DNA from: an uncultured Chloroflexia bacterium
GTDB taxonomy: Bacteria; Chloroflexota; Limnocylindria; Limnocylindrales; CSP1-4
DNA length: 64,000 nucleotides
NCBI GenBank assembly: GCA_963728745.1
Contig: CAVSKY010000006.1
Coordinates: 197,323 to 261,322, forward strand
Direction of reading: 5' to 3'
This document shows positions 1 to 10,132 of the stretch, one piece after another. The translations under genes and the position numbers were made by a program. Numbering within the stretch: position 1 is the stretch's first letter; each line of letters opens with the position of its first letter. The notes below the pieces were generated by a model. The model saw only the letters and a list, made by a program, of their open reading frames with translations, searched no databases and was not told the DNA's origin.

Positions 1-1
1 C

Positions 2-1198
2 GGAGCGCCGGACGGTGTCCGCGAGCCGATCGATTTCGATGGCGACCGTTACCAGACCGATCTTGGCGGGATCGCCCCACTGCCCTACTCGAGCAATGAC
101 CTGGAGTTGACGTCGCTGGTCGCGATCGTCGCTCCAGGGGAGTTCGAGGCCGCCGGCCTCAGGCAGTCCCTGGAGATCGCACGGGACGCGCCGACGTCGA
201 CTCGCGAGCAGCGGATGTACGCGCTCGCCGGGCTCGCCGGGCTCGGAGCCCCGGTGCTGCCCCAGATCCAGATCGCGGCCGCCGACCAGCGGCTCACGAT
301 CCGTGAGCAGCTCATGGTCGGTCTGGGGGCGGCCGCGATCGGCGACGCCGCGAGCGCACGGGCGATCGCGGCACGGTTGTGGGCGGCACACGGCGAGCGA
401 CTGGGGAGCGAGGCCCGGCTGCGGGTCGGCGACTCGGCCGCCGACATCACCGATGCCACGGCGCGGTTGGCGGTCCTGGCGGCGGCGACCGGCGATCCCC
501 TCGCGCCCGCCCTGTGGGGCTACGCCGATGCGAATCCAAGCACGGAGGTGCCGTACGAGCTCCTGGGGGTGGCCTTCGTCGACCGACTCATCGACCGTCT
601 GCCAGTGGAACCGGCGAGCTTCGCCTACACGTCCGACGGCAAGCGCACCGTGATCGAACTCGACACGGGTGAGACCTTCCAGCTGACCCTTACCGCGACC
701 CAGCGGGCGGGCCTCCGGCTCGAAGCCATCGACGGAACGATCGGGCTCGCGACGACCTGGCGGGAGTCGGTGGCAGCCTCCACGCTGGTGCGCGATCCCG
801 ATGTCACGATCCGCCGCGCGCGGACGCCTGCCGGGGTGGTCGGGACTGCCGACCTCGTGCGGGTCGATCTCACCGTCCGCTTCGGACCCAAGGCCCCGGC
901 GGTCTGCCACCAGGTCACCGAGCAGGTTCCGTCCGGCCTCATCCCGATCGGTTGGGGCACGCTCGATACCGGGGAGGAGGGTGGTGCACCCGTGGGAGTC
1001 ACCAGTCCGTTCGCGGTGGTCGGCCAGCGCGTCATGTTCTGTGCCGAGCCGACGAAGAAGCAACGGACCGTGCGACTCCGTTACTACGCCCGCGTCATCA
1101 CCCCCGGCACATATGTCTGGGAGCCGGCCGTCGTCGAATCCCGGACCGGCGCGGATCGTGCTGCACTGACGCAGCGGGCCGCCGTTCGCATCCGCTGA
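2..1198 (+). CDS. Alpha-2-macroglobulin family protein, C-terminal part (5'-truncated by window edge)
   Basis: Frame open from base 2; YQTDLGGIAPLPYSSNDLELT resembles an A2M helical-domain segment; C-terminal LRYYARVITPGTYVWEPAVVES matches the bacterial A2M end pattern. Confidence 0.7.
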   Translation, partial: GAPDGVREPIDFDGDRYQTDLGGIAPLPYSSNDLELTSLVAIVAPGEFEAAGLRQSLEIARDAPTSTREQRMYALAGLAGLGAPVLPQIQIAAADQRLTIREQLMVGLGAAAIGDAASARAIAARLWAAHGERLGSEARLRVGDSAADITDATARLAVLAAATGDPLAPALWGYADANPSTEVPYELLGVAFVDRLIDRLPVEPASFAYTSDGKRTVIELDTGETFQLTLTATQRAGLRLEAIDGTIGLATTWRESVAASTLVRDPDVTIRRARTPAGVVGTADLVRVDLTVRFGPKAPAVCHQVTEQVPSGLIPIGWGTLDTGEEGGAPVGVTSPFAVVGQRVMFCAEPTKKQRTVRLRYYARVITPGTYVWEPAVVESRTGADRAALTQRAAVRIR

Positions 1199-1208
1199 CT
1201 GCCGTTGA

Positions 1209-2333
1209 TCAGCGGAGGGTGCGCTGCGCGTGCTGTTCCAGCCGGTCCAACGCGACGGGCAGGTCCGTCCTGCCAAAGCCGAGGCGGAAGTGGTTGCCGC
1301 CGTATCCGAACTGCGATCCGGGAAGGAGCAGGACACCCTCCGCCTCGACCAGGCCGGCGGCCCACTCGTCGATGCCGACGCCGGGGACGGTGAGGCGCGG
1401 GAACCCCACGGATCCTGCCCTCGGCCGGACCCATGCGAACCGATCGGCCCAGTCGTCGAAGAACGCGTCGAGACGGTCCAGGTTGGCGGCGACGATGCCG
1501 CGCGAACGCGCGATGACCGTGTCCCGGGCGCGCAACCCGATCAGTGCCAGGATCTCGGACGGCGCCGCCGAGCAGATGGTCGTGTAGTCCTTGAACGCGG
1601 CGCATCTCGCCAGCAGCTCGCGATCCCGGGTGGCGAGCCAGCCGATGCGCAGGCCGGCCATCGCGAACGACTTGGACATGACGCCGAGCGAGATGCCCCG
1701 CTCGGTGGCGTCGGCACCGGTCGGCAGCCGCTCGGCAGGATCGAATTCCAGGAAGCGATAGACCTCGTCGAGCAACAGGTGCGCGCCCGCCTCGTCAGCG
1801 ATCGTCACGAGCGCGTCGAATGTCGCGCGATCGGGCAGCATCCCGGTCGGGTTGTGCGGCGCATTGACGACGATCAACCGCGTCGCCGGCGTGACCTGGC
1901 GTCGGAGTAGCTCGACATCGATGCACCAGCCCGCGTCCTCGCGGAGCTCGTGGAGGGTGACGTCGGCACCAGTCGCTCGCGCAACCTCGTACAGGCTCTG
2001 ATAGCCGGGCCAGGTGACGATGGCGTGATCGCCCGGGCCAAGCAGCACGTTCGCGAGGCAGAAGATCCCCTCCTCGGCGCCGGCGAATACCAGCACGTCG
2101 TCAGGTTCGATCGCCTCGTACAGCGCAGCGATCTCGCCGCGCAGGAGCGGATGGCCGGTGGACTCCGTGTACCCGAGCGGCAGGCGATCCCACAGCGAGC
2201 GCGACTCGTCATCGGCGAGGTCGAGCAGCTCGGCCATCGCGTAGCCCTCCAGGTCGGAGGCACACAGCAGGTGCTCGACCGCGAACTCCCATCGGGCGAA
2301 GTAGCGCTCCAGCGCGAACTCGGCGATCCGCAT
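1209..2333 (-). CDS. PLP-dependent aminotransferase class I/II
   Basis: NAPHNPTG, LDEVYR and SKSFAMAGLRIGW (PLP lysine) motifs; start moved to ATG 2333 (MRIAEFALERYF). Confidence 0.9.
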   Translation of the reverse strand: MRIAEFALERYFARWEFAVEHLLCASDLEGYAMAELLDLADDESRSLWDRLPLGYTESTGHPLLRGEIAALYEAIEPDDVLVFAGAEEGIFCLANVLLGPGDHAIVTWPGYQSLYEVARATGADVTLHELREDAGWCIDVELLRRQVTPATRLIVVNAPHNPTGMLPDRATFDALVTIADEAGAHLLLDEVYRFLEFDPAERLPTGADATERGISLGVMSKSFAMAGLRIGWLATRDRELLARCAAFKDYTTICSAAPSEILALIGLRARDTVIARSRGIVAANLDRLDAFFDDWADRFAWVRPRAGSVGFPRLTVPGVGIDEWAAGLVEAEGVLLLPGSQFGYGGNHFRLGFGRTDLPVALDRLEQHAQRTLR

Positions 2334-2385
2334 GTCGCCCATGATGACGGGGGGTCGACCGAGCTGTGACCGGTATCCTGACGGT

Positions 2386-3330
2386 GTGACCGATCCGACG
2401 ATCGTCATCGCCGGCTCTCCGACCGCCCTCGGCGGCCATTTCGCCGGCATGGAGCAAGGCCCCGGCGAACTGCGACGCCAGGGGCTGCGGGAGCAGCTGG
2501 CTGCCCGTAAGGGGCTCGCGGGCACCACCTGGCTCGACCACGGGGACGCCGCGAACGACCCTGGCTGGGTCGCCGATGACGACCCGCGAGCGAAGAACGC
2601 CGAGCTGATCGCGGCCTACCTGGGGCGGCTCGCGACCCATGTCCAGACCGGCCTGGTCCAGGGCGGCGATGACGCGCGCCTGCTCGTCCTCGGCGGCGAC
2701 TGCACCTCGCATACCGGCGCGCTGGCGGGTATCCGTCGGGCACGACCCGGAAGCCGACTCGGCCTCGCCTGGTTCGATGCGCACGGCGACTTCAACACGC
2801 CGGACACGACGCCATCGGGCAATGTCTGGGGGATGCCGTTCGCGCTGGCCTGCGGGCGCGGCGACGCGGCCCTCGTGGCTGCAGCAGAGGGCCCGTCCGT
2901 CAACGAGCTCGACGCCGCCCTGTTCGGTGGCCAGGTCCTCGACGAGACCGAGTCACGCATGCTGGCAGCGAGCGGCGTCGCGCAGTTCGGCTCGGGGATG
3001 CTCGCCGATCCCGCAGGTCAGGCCGCGGTCGCGGCATGGAGCGCCGCGGTCGCAGAGCGGATCGACGGCTGGTACATCGCATTCGACCTCGACGCACTCG
3101 ACGCGTCGGGCAGATGGGCGGTGGCGATGCCCGAACCTGACGGTCTGTCGCTCTTGACGGCGACTGCGACCGTGCGGGCGGTCGCGACGAGCGGCGCGCC
3201 GGTCATCGCGTTCGGAGCGACGGCCGCGATGCGCCGCGATGACGCCGATATGGGCGCGACGGTCGATGCGGTCGCGGCGCTGGCCGAGGCGGCGCTGGCC
3301 ACGCCCGAGGCTGCGGCGGGAGCGACCTGA
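2386..3330 (+). CDS. Arginase/ureohydrolase family protein
   Basis: GGDCT, DAHGDFNTP, SGNVWGMP, FDLDALD motifs; GTG 2386 lies 6 nt after TATCCT. Confidence 0.85.
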   Translation: MTDPTIVIAGSPTALGGHFAGMEQGPGELRRQGLREQLAARKGLAGTTWLDHGDAANDPGWVADDDPRAKNAELIAAYLGRLATHVQTGLVQGGDDARLLVLGGDCTSHTGALAGIRRARPGSRLGLAWFDAHGDFNTPDTTPSGNVWGMPFALACGRGDAALVAAAEGPSVNELDAALFGGQVLDETESRMLAASGVAQFGSGMLADPAGQAAVAAWSAAVAERIDGWYIAFDLDALDASGRWAVAMPEPDGLSLLTATATVRAVATSGAPVIAFGATAAMRRDDADMGATVDAVAALAEAALATPEAAAGAT

Positions 3331-4032
3331 TCAGTCCAGGCGGATGAAGCTCGCCGCGAAGTCGCGGAAGGTCGCTTCGTCGAGACCCTCGCCGACCGCG
3401 AGCCAGCTCGGTTGCGCGCCGCGGTCCACGACGAGCGCGTAGCCGCCACCGTCCAGCATCACCAACGTGCCGCTCTGGTCGCCGAACGGCGCGTCGCCGG
3501 AATCGGTCCCGGCGGCGACACAGCCGTCGCCGTCGTCGCAGAACGCGCCCTGATGCAGCGAAAGCGTCGCGCCGCCGGGGCCGCGGTACGTGATCGTGAG
3601 ACGGCCGATCCCCTGTCCGCTGTAGTTGCCGGTCGTGACCGACCAGCGCGCGGGCAGTGCCGGGCAGTAGACCGGCCAGTCGAGGTTCGTCGCGGCGTCC
3701 GCGTAGAAGGCCATGTTGTCCTCGGTGCCCGTGCAGGCATCGACGGTGTTGGCCGGCGACGCGTCTGGTGACGCCGTGGCGATCTCCGTGGGCGTCGGCA
3801 CGGGCGTCGGAGCCTCACTCTGTGCCACGCTCGGCGCTGTCGAGGCGCTGGGAGATGGCGACGGCGGGAACGGCGCGAGGCTGGCAGCGACGCTGGGCGC
3901 CGCAGTCGATGCCTCGCCAGCGATGCAGGCAACGCTCAGCATGGCGACGGCGATGACGGCGAGCGTGGGGAGGAGGGGCCGGTGACGGACGGCGGGCGGA
4001 CGTCCCGGCGAACGCTGTCGGGGTGGCGTCAC
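3331..4032 (-). CDS. Hypothetical lipoprotein with Pro/Ser/Thr linker
   Basis: Hydrophobic signal ending SVAC, P/S/T-rich linker, globular domain with WPVYCPALP; 4-bp overlap with cobC. Confidence 0.7.
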   Translation of the reverse strand: MTPPRQRSPGRPPAVRHRPLLPTLAVIAVAMLSVACIAGEASTAAPSVAASLAPFPPSPSPSASTAPSVAQSEAPTPVPTPTEIATASPDASPANTVDACTGTEDNMAFYADAATNLDWPVYCPALPARWSVTTGNYSGQGIGRLTITYRGPGGATLSLHQGAFCDDGDGCVAAGTDSGDAPFGDQSGTLVMLDGGGYALVVDRGAQPSWLAVGEGLDEATFRDFAASFIRLD

Positions 4033-4622
4033 GAACGGGAGGGTAGCACGGAGGCCTCGAAACGGCCCCCCGCGCCGACTACGAGGCGAACGAACGCCGC
4101 CGGGGCGACGAGGTCGTCCGGGCCGATCGCACGTCCGCCTGCGATGGCGCGCGCATGCATTAGCGGTCCCGCGTGGGTGATCACCACCGCAGAGCGGTCC
4201 CGCTGGACGAGCGCGTCCAACGCCGCCGCCACGCGCCGGGCAAGCGAGCGATGCGTCTCACCATCGGGCCAGTCGATGGCCAGGGTCCCGTTTGCCAGCG
4301 CGCCAGCAAGTTCGGGCGCGAACGTCGCGACCTCGTCATATGTGCGTCCCTCAGCGACCCCGACGTCGGCCTCGCGCCAGCGGTCGTCGACCTCGACGAC
4401 GCCGAGGCGGGCAGCCGAGGCGATCACTGCTGCGGTCGCGATCGACCGGCGCGATGGGCTCGAGACGACGAGCCAGTCCGACCCGAGCGTCGGTCCGAGC
4501 TCGGCGCCCAGCCGTGCGGCCTGTGCCGTACCGACCTCGGACAGCGGGGGATCGGACCGCCCGCAGTAGCGGACTCCCGACCATGCGGTCGCTGCATGAC
4601 GAACGAGGACGATCTCGGTCAT
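4029..4622 (-). CDS. cobC: Histidine phosphatase, probable alpha-ribazole phosphatase
   Basis: LVRHA, SSPSRR, ITHAG motifs; directly downstream of cobT. Confidence 0.75.
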   Translation of the reverse strand: MTEIVLVRHAATAWSGVRYCGRSDPPLSEVGTAQAARLGAELGPTLGSDWLVVSSPSRRSIATAAVIASAARLGVVEVDDRWREADVGVAEGRTYDEVATFAPELAGALANGTLAIDWPDGETHRSLARRVAAALDALVQRDRSAVVITHAGPLMHARAIAGGRAIGPDDLVAPAAFVRLVVGAGGRFEASVLPSRS

Positions 4623-4623
4623 G

Positions 4624-5742
4624 TCACGGGGCGACCCGCTCGACGGGCCCTGACACGCCAGCCGACCCGAAGGTCGCCATGCCGTCGCGCAGCTTCACGG
4701 CGGCGTCGATGAGCTGGATCGCCAGCGCCGCTCCTGTCCCCTCCCCCAGCCGAAGGTCGAGCTCCAGGAGCGGTCGCAGGCCGAGACGTTCGATGACGAT
4801 CGCGTGTCCGGGCTCGCTGCCTCGGTGGCCGGCGATCAGCCGCGGCGAGGCTCCCGGTGCGAAGGCGACGGCGAGAAGCGCGGCTGCCCCTGTGATGAAC
4901 CCGTCGAGGACGACGGGGATCCGCCAAGCGACCGCCCCAAGGATCAGCCCGACGAGCGCGCCGATCTCGAAGCCGCCGACCGCGGCCAGGACACCGAGCG
5001 GGTCGGCCGGATCGGGTCGATGGCTTGCCAGCGCCCGCGCGATCGTCTCGATCTTGTGCGCATGGGCTGCGTCATCGATCCCGGTCCCGCGACCGGTGAC
5101 CCGACCAGGCGAGAGACCGATCATCGCAGCCGTTATGGCGCTGGCTGCCGTGGTGTTGCCGATGCCCATCTCGCCGACGGCCAGCAGGTCGATGCCCCGC
5201 TCCTGGAGCGACTCGACCACGTCGAACCCGACCACGATGGCGCGCAGGGCCTCGGCGCGCGACATCGCGGCCGCGACCGTCATGTCATGGGTGCCCGGCC
5301 GGACGGGCGCGCGCACCAACGTCACGGGTCGTCCGGCAGAGGCCGCGGCAGGCTCGGCGATCTGGCCCGCCACGCCGACATCGACCACCCACAGGTCGGC
5401 GCCGACAGCAGCGGCGAGGACGTTGATCGCGGCACCACCGGCCAGGAAATTCGCGACCATCTGGCCGGTCACGGCCGTCGGGTAGGCCGACACGCCATGG
5501 CCCGCGACGCCGTGGTCGGCGGCGGCAACGACGACGGCGCGCCGCTCGAACGTGGGCCCCGGCGTCCTGCGGATCCCGGCCAGCTGCGTCAGGAGTGCCT
5601 CGAGGACGCCGAGGCTGCCCGGCGGCTTCGTCAACGAATCGAGTGTCGCGGTCGCGTCGGCCATGGCGGCCGGGTCCAGCGGGCCGAGCGCCTCGATGGC
5701 CTCGACACAGGCTGCGAGCCGCGTCTCGTCGAGGGTCCGCAT
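4624..5742 (-). CDS. cobT: Nicotinate-nucleotide-dimethylbenzimidazole phosphoribosyltransferase
   Basis: LTKPPGSLGVLE, ADHGV, GEMGIGNTT, LRLGEGTGA. Confidence 0.97.
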   Translation of the reverse strand: MRTLDETRLAACVEAIEALGPLDPAAMADATATLDSLTKPPGSLGVLEALLTQLAGIRRTPGPTFERRAVVVAAADHGVAGHGVSAYPTAVTGQMVANFLAGGAAINVLAAAVGADLWVVDVGVAGQIAEPAAASAGRPVTLVRAPVRPGTHDMTVAAAMSRAEALRAIVVGFDVVESLQERGIDLLAVGEMGIGNTTAASAITAAMIGLSPGRVTGRGTGIDDAAHAHKIETIARALASHRPDPADPLGVLAAVGGFEIGALVGLILGAVAWRIPVVLDGFITGAAALLAVAFAPGASPRLIAGHRGSEPGHAIVIERLGLRPLLELDLRLGEGTGAALAIQLIDAAVKLRDGMATFGSAGVSGPVERVAP

Positions 5743-6275
5743 CAGCCCTTCAGCCGGACTGGAAGACCGGCGACGAACAGGTACGCCTCGTCGGCCATCG
5801 CCGCGAGGCGCTGATGGGCGATCCCGACGAGATCCCGATACGCACGCGCGTTGGGATGCATCGGCACAGTGCCGAGCCCCACTTCGTCGCTAACAACGAC
5901 GACCGGCCCGGGGCGTGCCTGGATCGCCGCATAGGCAGCAGCGACGGGGCCATCGAGGATGGGGTCGATGGCGGGGACGTCGTCGCCGAGCACGGCGCTC
6001 AGCCAGAGCGTCAGCCCGTCGAGCAGGACGGGCTCCGTCGGTTCCGTCGATCCGATCGCGGCCGCCAGGTCGGCGCCGACGGCCACGGTCGGCCAGTCGG
6101 CTGGACGCTCGAGTCGATGGCGGCGGATGCGGTCGTCAAGCTCGGGATCACCCCCCCACGCGGTCCCGAGGAACCAGGCACGACCATCGCCCGCGAGTCG
6201 CCGAGTGGTCGCGAGCCCGAAGCGACTCTTGCCGCTGCGGGTGCCACCAAGCGCGAGGATCAGCGGTGCGGCCAC
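5742..6275 (-). CDS. cobU: Adenosylcobinamide kinase/adenosylcobinamide-phosphate guanylyltransferase
   Basis: GGTRSGKS P-loop, RIRRHR, VSDEVGLG, VAGLP. Confidence 0.95.
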   Translation of the reverse strand: MAAPLILALGGTRSGKSRFGLATTRRLAGDGRAWFLGTAWGGDPELDDRIRRHRLERPADWPTVAVGADLAAAIGSTEPTEPVLLDGLTLWLSAVLGDDVPAIDPILDGPVAAAYAAIQARPGPVVVVSDEVGLGTVPMHPNARAYRDLVGIAHQRLAAMADEAYLFVAGLPVRLKG

Positions 6276-6277
6276 GA

Positions 6278-7030
6278 TCAGACCGCCACGACGGCAGCGC
6301 TGGCGAGCCCGGCGAGGACCGACAACTCGACGATGGCGCCCATGCCGTCACCATCGAGGCCGCCGCGACGAGCGACGATGACGGGGGCGACGATCCCCCC
6401 AAGGACAGCGGCGGCGCCGGCGGCGACAGCCACGACCCAGCCGTCGGCTGCGGCGAGCCATGCGGAGCCGAGCACGATGATGGCCGCGGAGGCAGCCGCG
6501 ATCAGGACCGCGGTGGTCGTGACCCGCTGCGCGAACCAGCCGCCCAGCCCGTCTGTCAGGAATCGCCCAGCCAGCCGTGTCGCCACGGCGGGCAGGATCC
6601 GGGAGGTCGCAGCGACGGCAACGAGCACGCACCCGGCGACGACCGACCCGACCGTTCCCGTCAGGCTGCCCAGGGCGGCGATCTCGCCAGCCAGGATGAG
6701 CCCGATCGCGACGACGCCTGCCGGTCCGAGGGACGGATCCTTGCGCGCCCGCTCGGCCGCCGCCGCGTCGCGGGCCGTGAGCGCGTCGGCCGTATCGGCC
6801 AGGCCATCGAGATGCATCGCCCCGGTCACGATCGCGATGACCCCGATCGCCGCGATCGGGCCGAGCCACGGCTCGCCGAGCGGTCCGGCCAGGACCACGA
6901 GCGGCACTGCTCCGACAAGCCCCACGAACCCCCCGACCAGACCGAAGGCGGCGACGCCCGGCCCATCCGTCAGGACGACACCCAACGGGATACGGGTGAG
7001 GAGCGTCACGGCGCCACGGACGGTCGACAC
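6278..7030 (-). CDS. cobS: Adenosylcobinamide-GDP ribazoletransferase (cobalamin synthase)
   Basis: LLTRIP, TGAMHLDGLADTAD, GGLDGDGMGA; multi-pass membrane protein. Confidence 0.95.
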   Translation of the reverse strand: MSTVRGAVTLLTRIPLGVVLTDGPGVAAFGLVGGFVGLVGAVPLVVLAGPLGEPWLGPIAAIGVIAIVTGAMHLDGLADTADALTARDAAAAERARKDPSLGPAGVVAIGLILAGEIAALGSLTGTVGSVVAGCVLVAVAATSRILPAVATRLAGRFLTDGLGGWFAQRVTTTAVLIAAASAAIIVLGSAWLAAADGWVVAVAAGAAAVLGGIVAPVIVARRGGLDGDGMGAIVELSVLAGLASAAVVAV

Positions 7031-7031
7031 C

Positions 7032-7799
7032 TCAGGCGGCCCCGACCGGCAGCCGGACCAGCGCCGGGTCCACGCCGAAGACCTCCTGGATCCGTCGGGC
7101 GTCGAGCGTCACGGACGGCGGCCCGTCCGCGACGATCCGCCCGGCGTCCAGCACCACGACCCGCGGGAAGAAATGGGCGGCGAGCGCGAGGTCGTGGAGG
7201 ACCGCGACGACCGTCGTCCCGTCGCGCCGGTTGAGCTCGACCAACAGCTCCATGACGTCGACCTGGTGGCGGATGTCAAGGTGCGCGGTCGGCTCGTCGA
7301 GGACGATGATCGGCGCTGTCTGGGCGACGGCCACGGCGATGAATACCAGTTGCCGCTCGCCCATCGACAGCTCCCGCACGTCGCGGTGCCGGAGGCTCGC
7401 GATGCCGACGCGCTCGATCGCGCGGTCGACCGCGGTGATGTCGCTGACACGGAGCCCCGTCAGCGGCGGCTCGTGCGGCAAGCGGCCGAGGGCCACGACC
7501 TCCTCGACCGGCATCGCGAAGGGCAGGTCGGCGACCTCGGGCACGACAGCGATCATCCGCGCGAGCGTCTTGCGGGGGACACGATCGATCGGCTCGCCGA
7601 GGAGCTCGACCGTACCCGTACGCAGCGTCAGGACACCGGTCACCGCCCGCAGCAGCGACGATTTGCCCGCGCCGTTCGGCCCGACGAGCGCAACGCGCTC
7701 GCCCGCGCGGACGATCAGATCAGCGGCGTCCACCACGGTGCGCTCGCCATATCCGAGGGTGAGCTGTCTCGCGGCGATGGCGGGTGTCGAGTCCGTCAT
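7032..7799 (-). CDS. btuD: Cobalamin ABC transporter ATP-binding protein
   Basis: GPNGAGKS, LSMGERQ, LDEPTAHLD; ATG 7799 overlaps the permease stop. Confidence 0.85.
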   Translation of the reverse strand: MTDSTPAIAARQLTLGYGERTVVDAADLIVRAGERVALVGPNGAGKSSLLRAVTGVLTLRTGTVELLGEPIDRVPRKTLARMIAVVPEVADLPFAMPVEEVVALGRLPHEPPLTGLRVSDITAVDRAIERVGIASLRHRDVRELSMGERQLVFIAVAVAQTAPIIVLDEPTAHLDIRHQVDVMELLVELNRRDGTTVVAVLHDLALAAHFFPRVVVLDAGRIVADGPPSVTLDARRIQEVFGVDPALVRLPVGAA

Positions 7800-8872
7800 A
7801 GCTCGTACCCGGACCGCGATCTGCGGAGCAGGAACAGGAAGAACGGCGCGCCCAGGAGGGCCATCACCACGCCGACGGGCACGTCCCCGACGAGTCGCGC
7901 TCCGAGGTCCGCGGCCGACAGCAGCGCCGCCCCGGCGACCGCGGAGATCGGCAGCACACGGTGCGCGGCCGGCCCGACGAGGAGCCGGACCAGATGCGGG
8001 ATGACCAGCCCGACGAATCCGATCAACCCGCTGATGGCCACCGCCGCCGCGGTCGCCATCGATGCAAGGGCAAGCAGGATCACCCGTTCGCGCGTGACAT
8101 CGACCCCGAGGTGGCGCGCCGCGGCGTCGCCCAGGAGCATGCCGTCGAGCGACCGCGCGCGGGCGACCATCAAGGCCACTGCACCGATGATCAGCGGCGT
8201 TGCGACGAGGAGCCGGATCCACGATGCCCCGCCGAGGCCGCCGAGGAGGAACGAGAAGATCTGGCGAAGCTCGACACCGGACACGTACATCGCCATGGTC
8301 AGCACCGCCGCCAGGATCGAGCCCACGGCGTAGCCCGTGAGAAGCAGGCGCGTCAGCCCGCCGGCACCACCGGTGCCGCCCAGCCGGAAGACGAGCCAGG
8401 CGGAGCCGAGCGCGCCGATGAATGCCAGCCCATGGAGCAGCCCGAACTCGACCAGGACGAGCTGGATCGGGAGCAGCACCGCGATCGCAGCCCCGACCGC
8501 CGCACCCGACGCCGTCCCGAGCACGTACGGGTCGGCGAGGGGATTGCGAAGCAACCCCTGGAACGTCGCGCCGGCGACGGCCAGCCCGCAGCCGATCAGC
8601 ATCGCGGTCAGTACGCGGGGCAGTCGAAGCTCCCACACGATCGCCTCGACAGCCGGGCTCCAGGCTATCCCGACGTCGATCCCGAACGCGCGCGAGAGGA
8701 TCACCCCGACGGTCTCCAGGTGGCCGATCCGAACGGTGCCCAGCCCGACGCCGAGGACGAGCGTGATGGCGAGCACGATCACCGCGCCGATGCCGACCAC
8801 GAGGGGCCGCGCGCGGACCCATGCGGCGATACCGCTCGATGCCGTGTCTCGGGAGAGGGCGCCGGCCGCCAC
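7796..8872 (-). CDS. btuC: Cobalamin ABC transporter permease (FecCD family)
   Basis: LRLPRVL, QGLLRNPLADP, GLIGFVGLVIPH. Confidence 0.88.
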   Translation of the reverse strand: MAAGALSRDTASSGIAAWVRARPLVVGIGAVIVLAITLVLGVGLGTVRIGHLETVGVILSRAFGIDVGIAWSPAVEAIVWELRLPRVLTAMLIGCGLAVAGATFQGLLRNPLADPYVLGTASGAAVGAAIAVLLPIQLVLVEFGLLHGLAFIGALGSAWLVFRLGGTGGAGGLTRLLLTGYAVGSILAAVLTMAMYVSGVELRQIFSFLLGGLGGASWIRLLVATPLIIGAVALMVARARSLDGMLLGDAAARHLGVDVTRERVILLALASMATAAAVAISGLIGFVGLVIPHLVRLLVGPAAHRVLPISAVAGAALLSAADLGARLVGDVPVGVVMALLGAPFFLFLLRRSRSGYEL

Positions 8873-8877
8873 GATCG

Positions 8878-9888
8878 CTACGACACCTCCGGCAACGTCA
8901 CGTCCGGCCAGATGCCGGCGGCGAGGTTGCGCAACCCGAGCGCCAGCCTCGGGCCGGGCCGAGTGATCTCGATATCACGGACAGGCCGGACGTCGCCATC
9001 GCGAACCGCTGTCAGGGCATCCCAGCCGGGGCGAGCGGCGACCTCGGCCGGTGTGGGCATGTAGAACGGGTTCGTACCGAGGACGATGATCTGGGGGTCC
9101 TTCTCGATCAGCGCCTCGAGCGAGATCTCGTACGTGTTCGGGTCCCCTGTCGTGATGGTGTCGGCACCGGCGAGGGTCACCATCTCGGCGACGAACGAGT
9201 CGTCCGCCGGCGCGAAGATGGCCCCGGTCGTCGCGTCGTAGCCGACCTCGTAGAGGACGCGTGGCTTCGGCGTCTGGTCGGCGACCGCCGAGCTGACGGC
9301 ACCCATGTCGGCCTTCATGTCGGCGACCAGCGCGGTGGCCGCCTCGCTTGTCCCGGTTGCGGCGCCGATCAGCTCGATGTCCTTGTAGACGCCATCCACG
9401 GAGGGGGCATAGACGACGAGGACGGGGACGTCGAGGTCGCGCAAGCGGGTGATGGAATCGGCCGGCGTGAACCCGAGGCCGCCCGCGATGACGATGTCGG
9501 GCTGGAGGGCGATGACCTTCTCCACATCGACGCTCGAGAATGTCGCGACGTCGGGGAGCGCGGCTGCCTCCTCTGGGTAGTCGCTGCCATCGTCGGTCGC
9601 AACGACGCGCTCGCCGGCACCGAGCGCGAACAGGATCTCGGTGTTCGCGGGCGTGAGCGACACGATGGTCTCCGGCTCGGCCGCGATGTCGACGGCCGTG
9701 CCCTCATCGTCGGTGACGGTCACCGGGAATGCGGCGACGGGTGAGGGCGAGGCGATGGCAGACGGGGAAGGCGCCGTACTCGTCGGTGGCGCCGCGGATG
9801 ACGCGCTGCCGGGACCGGAACAGCCGGGCAGGACCGTGATCAGGAAAAGGGCAAGGGCGACGCCACGGCGTCGTTCGAGGATAGGCAT
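8878..9888 (-). CDS. btuF: Cobalamin-binding lipoprotein
   Basis: Lipobox LPGC; IVSLTPANTEILFALG; RPGPRL; GGAG RBS before ATG 9888; downstream of a B12 riboswitch. Confidence 0.88.
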   Translation of the reverse strand: MPILERRRGVALALFLITVLPGCSGPGSASSAAPPTSTAPSPSAIASPSPVAAFPVTVTDDEGTAVDIAAEPETIVSLTPANTEILFALGAGERVVATDDGSDYPEEAAALPDVATFSSVDVEKVIALQPDIVIAGGLGFTPADSITRLRDLDVPVLVVYAPSVDGVYKDIELIGAATGTSEAATALVADMKADMGAVSSAVADQTPKPRVLYEVGYDATTGAIFAPADDSFVAEMVTLAGADTITTGDPNTYEISLEALIEKDPQIIVLGTNPFYMPTPAEVAARPGWDALTAVRDGDVRPVRDIEITRPGPRLALGLRNLAAGIWPDVTLPEVS

Positions 9889-10003
9889 GGAGAGCGCTCC
9901 GGATAGTGACGTGGGCTCCGGAGGGATCGCGTCGGACACGCGAGACCCCTCGCTTCGAACGGACCGAAGGAGGGGTCAGGTGATGCGATGCACGGTCCTG
10001 CCT

Positions 10004-10132
10004 ACCTTTCTCTCGAAGGTTCGAGCATGCACCGTGGGGTCGGCGACCGGACTTCCGCCCGAGGGCGGTTCACCGTAGCGGGACTGTGCCGGAATCACAC
10101 CGGCTTCGCGACCACGCGGCGTTCGACGGAAC
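10004..10132 (-). promoter_or_regulatory. Cobalamin riboswitch (compact form)
   Basis: Minus strand GAAGCCGGTGTGATTCCGGCACAGTCCCGCTACGGTGA...AAGTCCGGTCGCC matches the B12-element core; downstream hairpin ACCTTCGAGAGAAAGGT; -10 TACGCT at 10147-10142. Confidence 0.92.

Noticed and set aside
1209-2333. Aminotransferase as CobD (threonine-phosphate decarboxylase)
   Set aside because: Separated from the cob operon by two genes, no cbiB partner, and no CobD-specific features recognised
5595-8333. 912-aa + strand ORF and many other long Arg/Pro/Ala-rich ORFs
   Set aside because: Shadow frames of real opposite-strand genes; stops are scarce at this GC content
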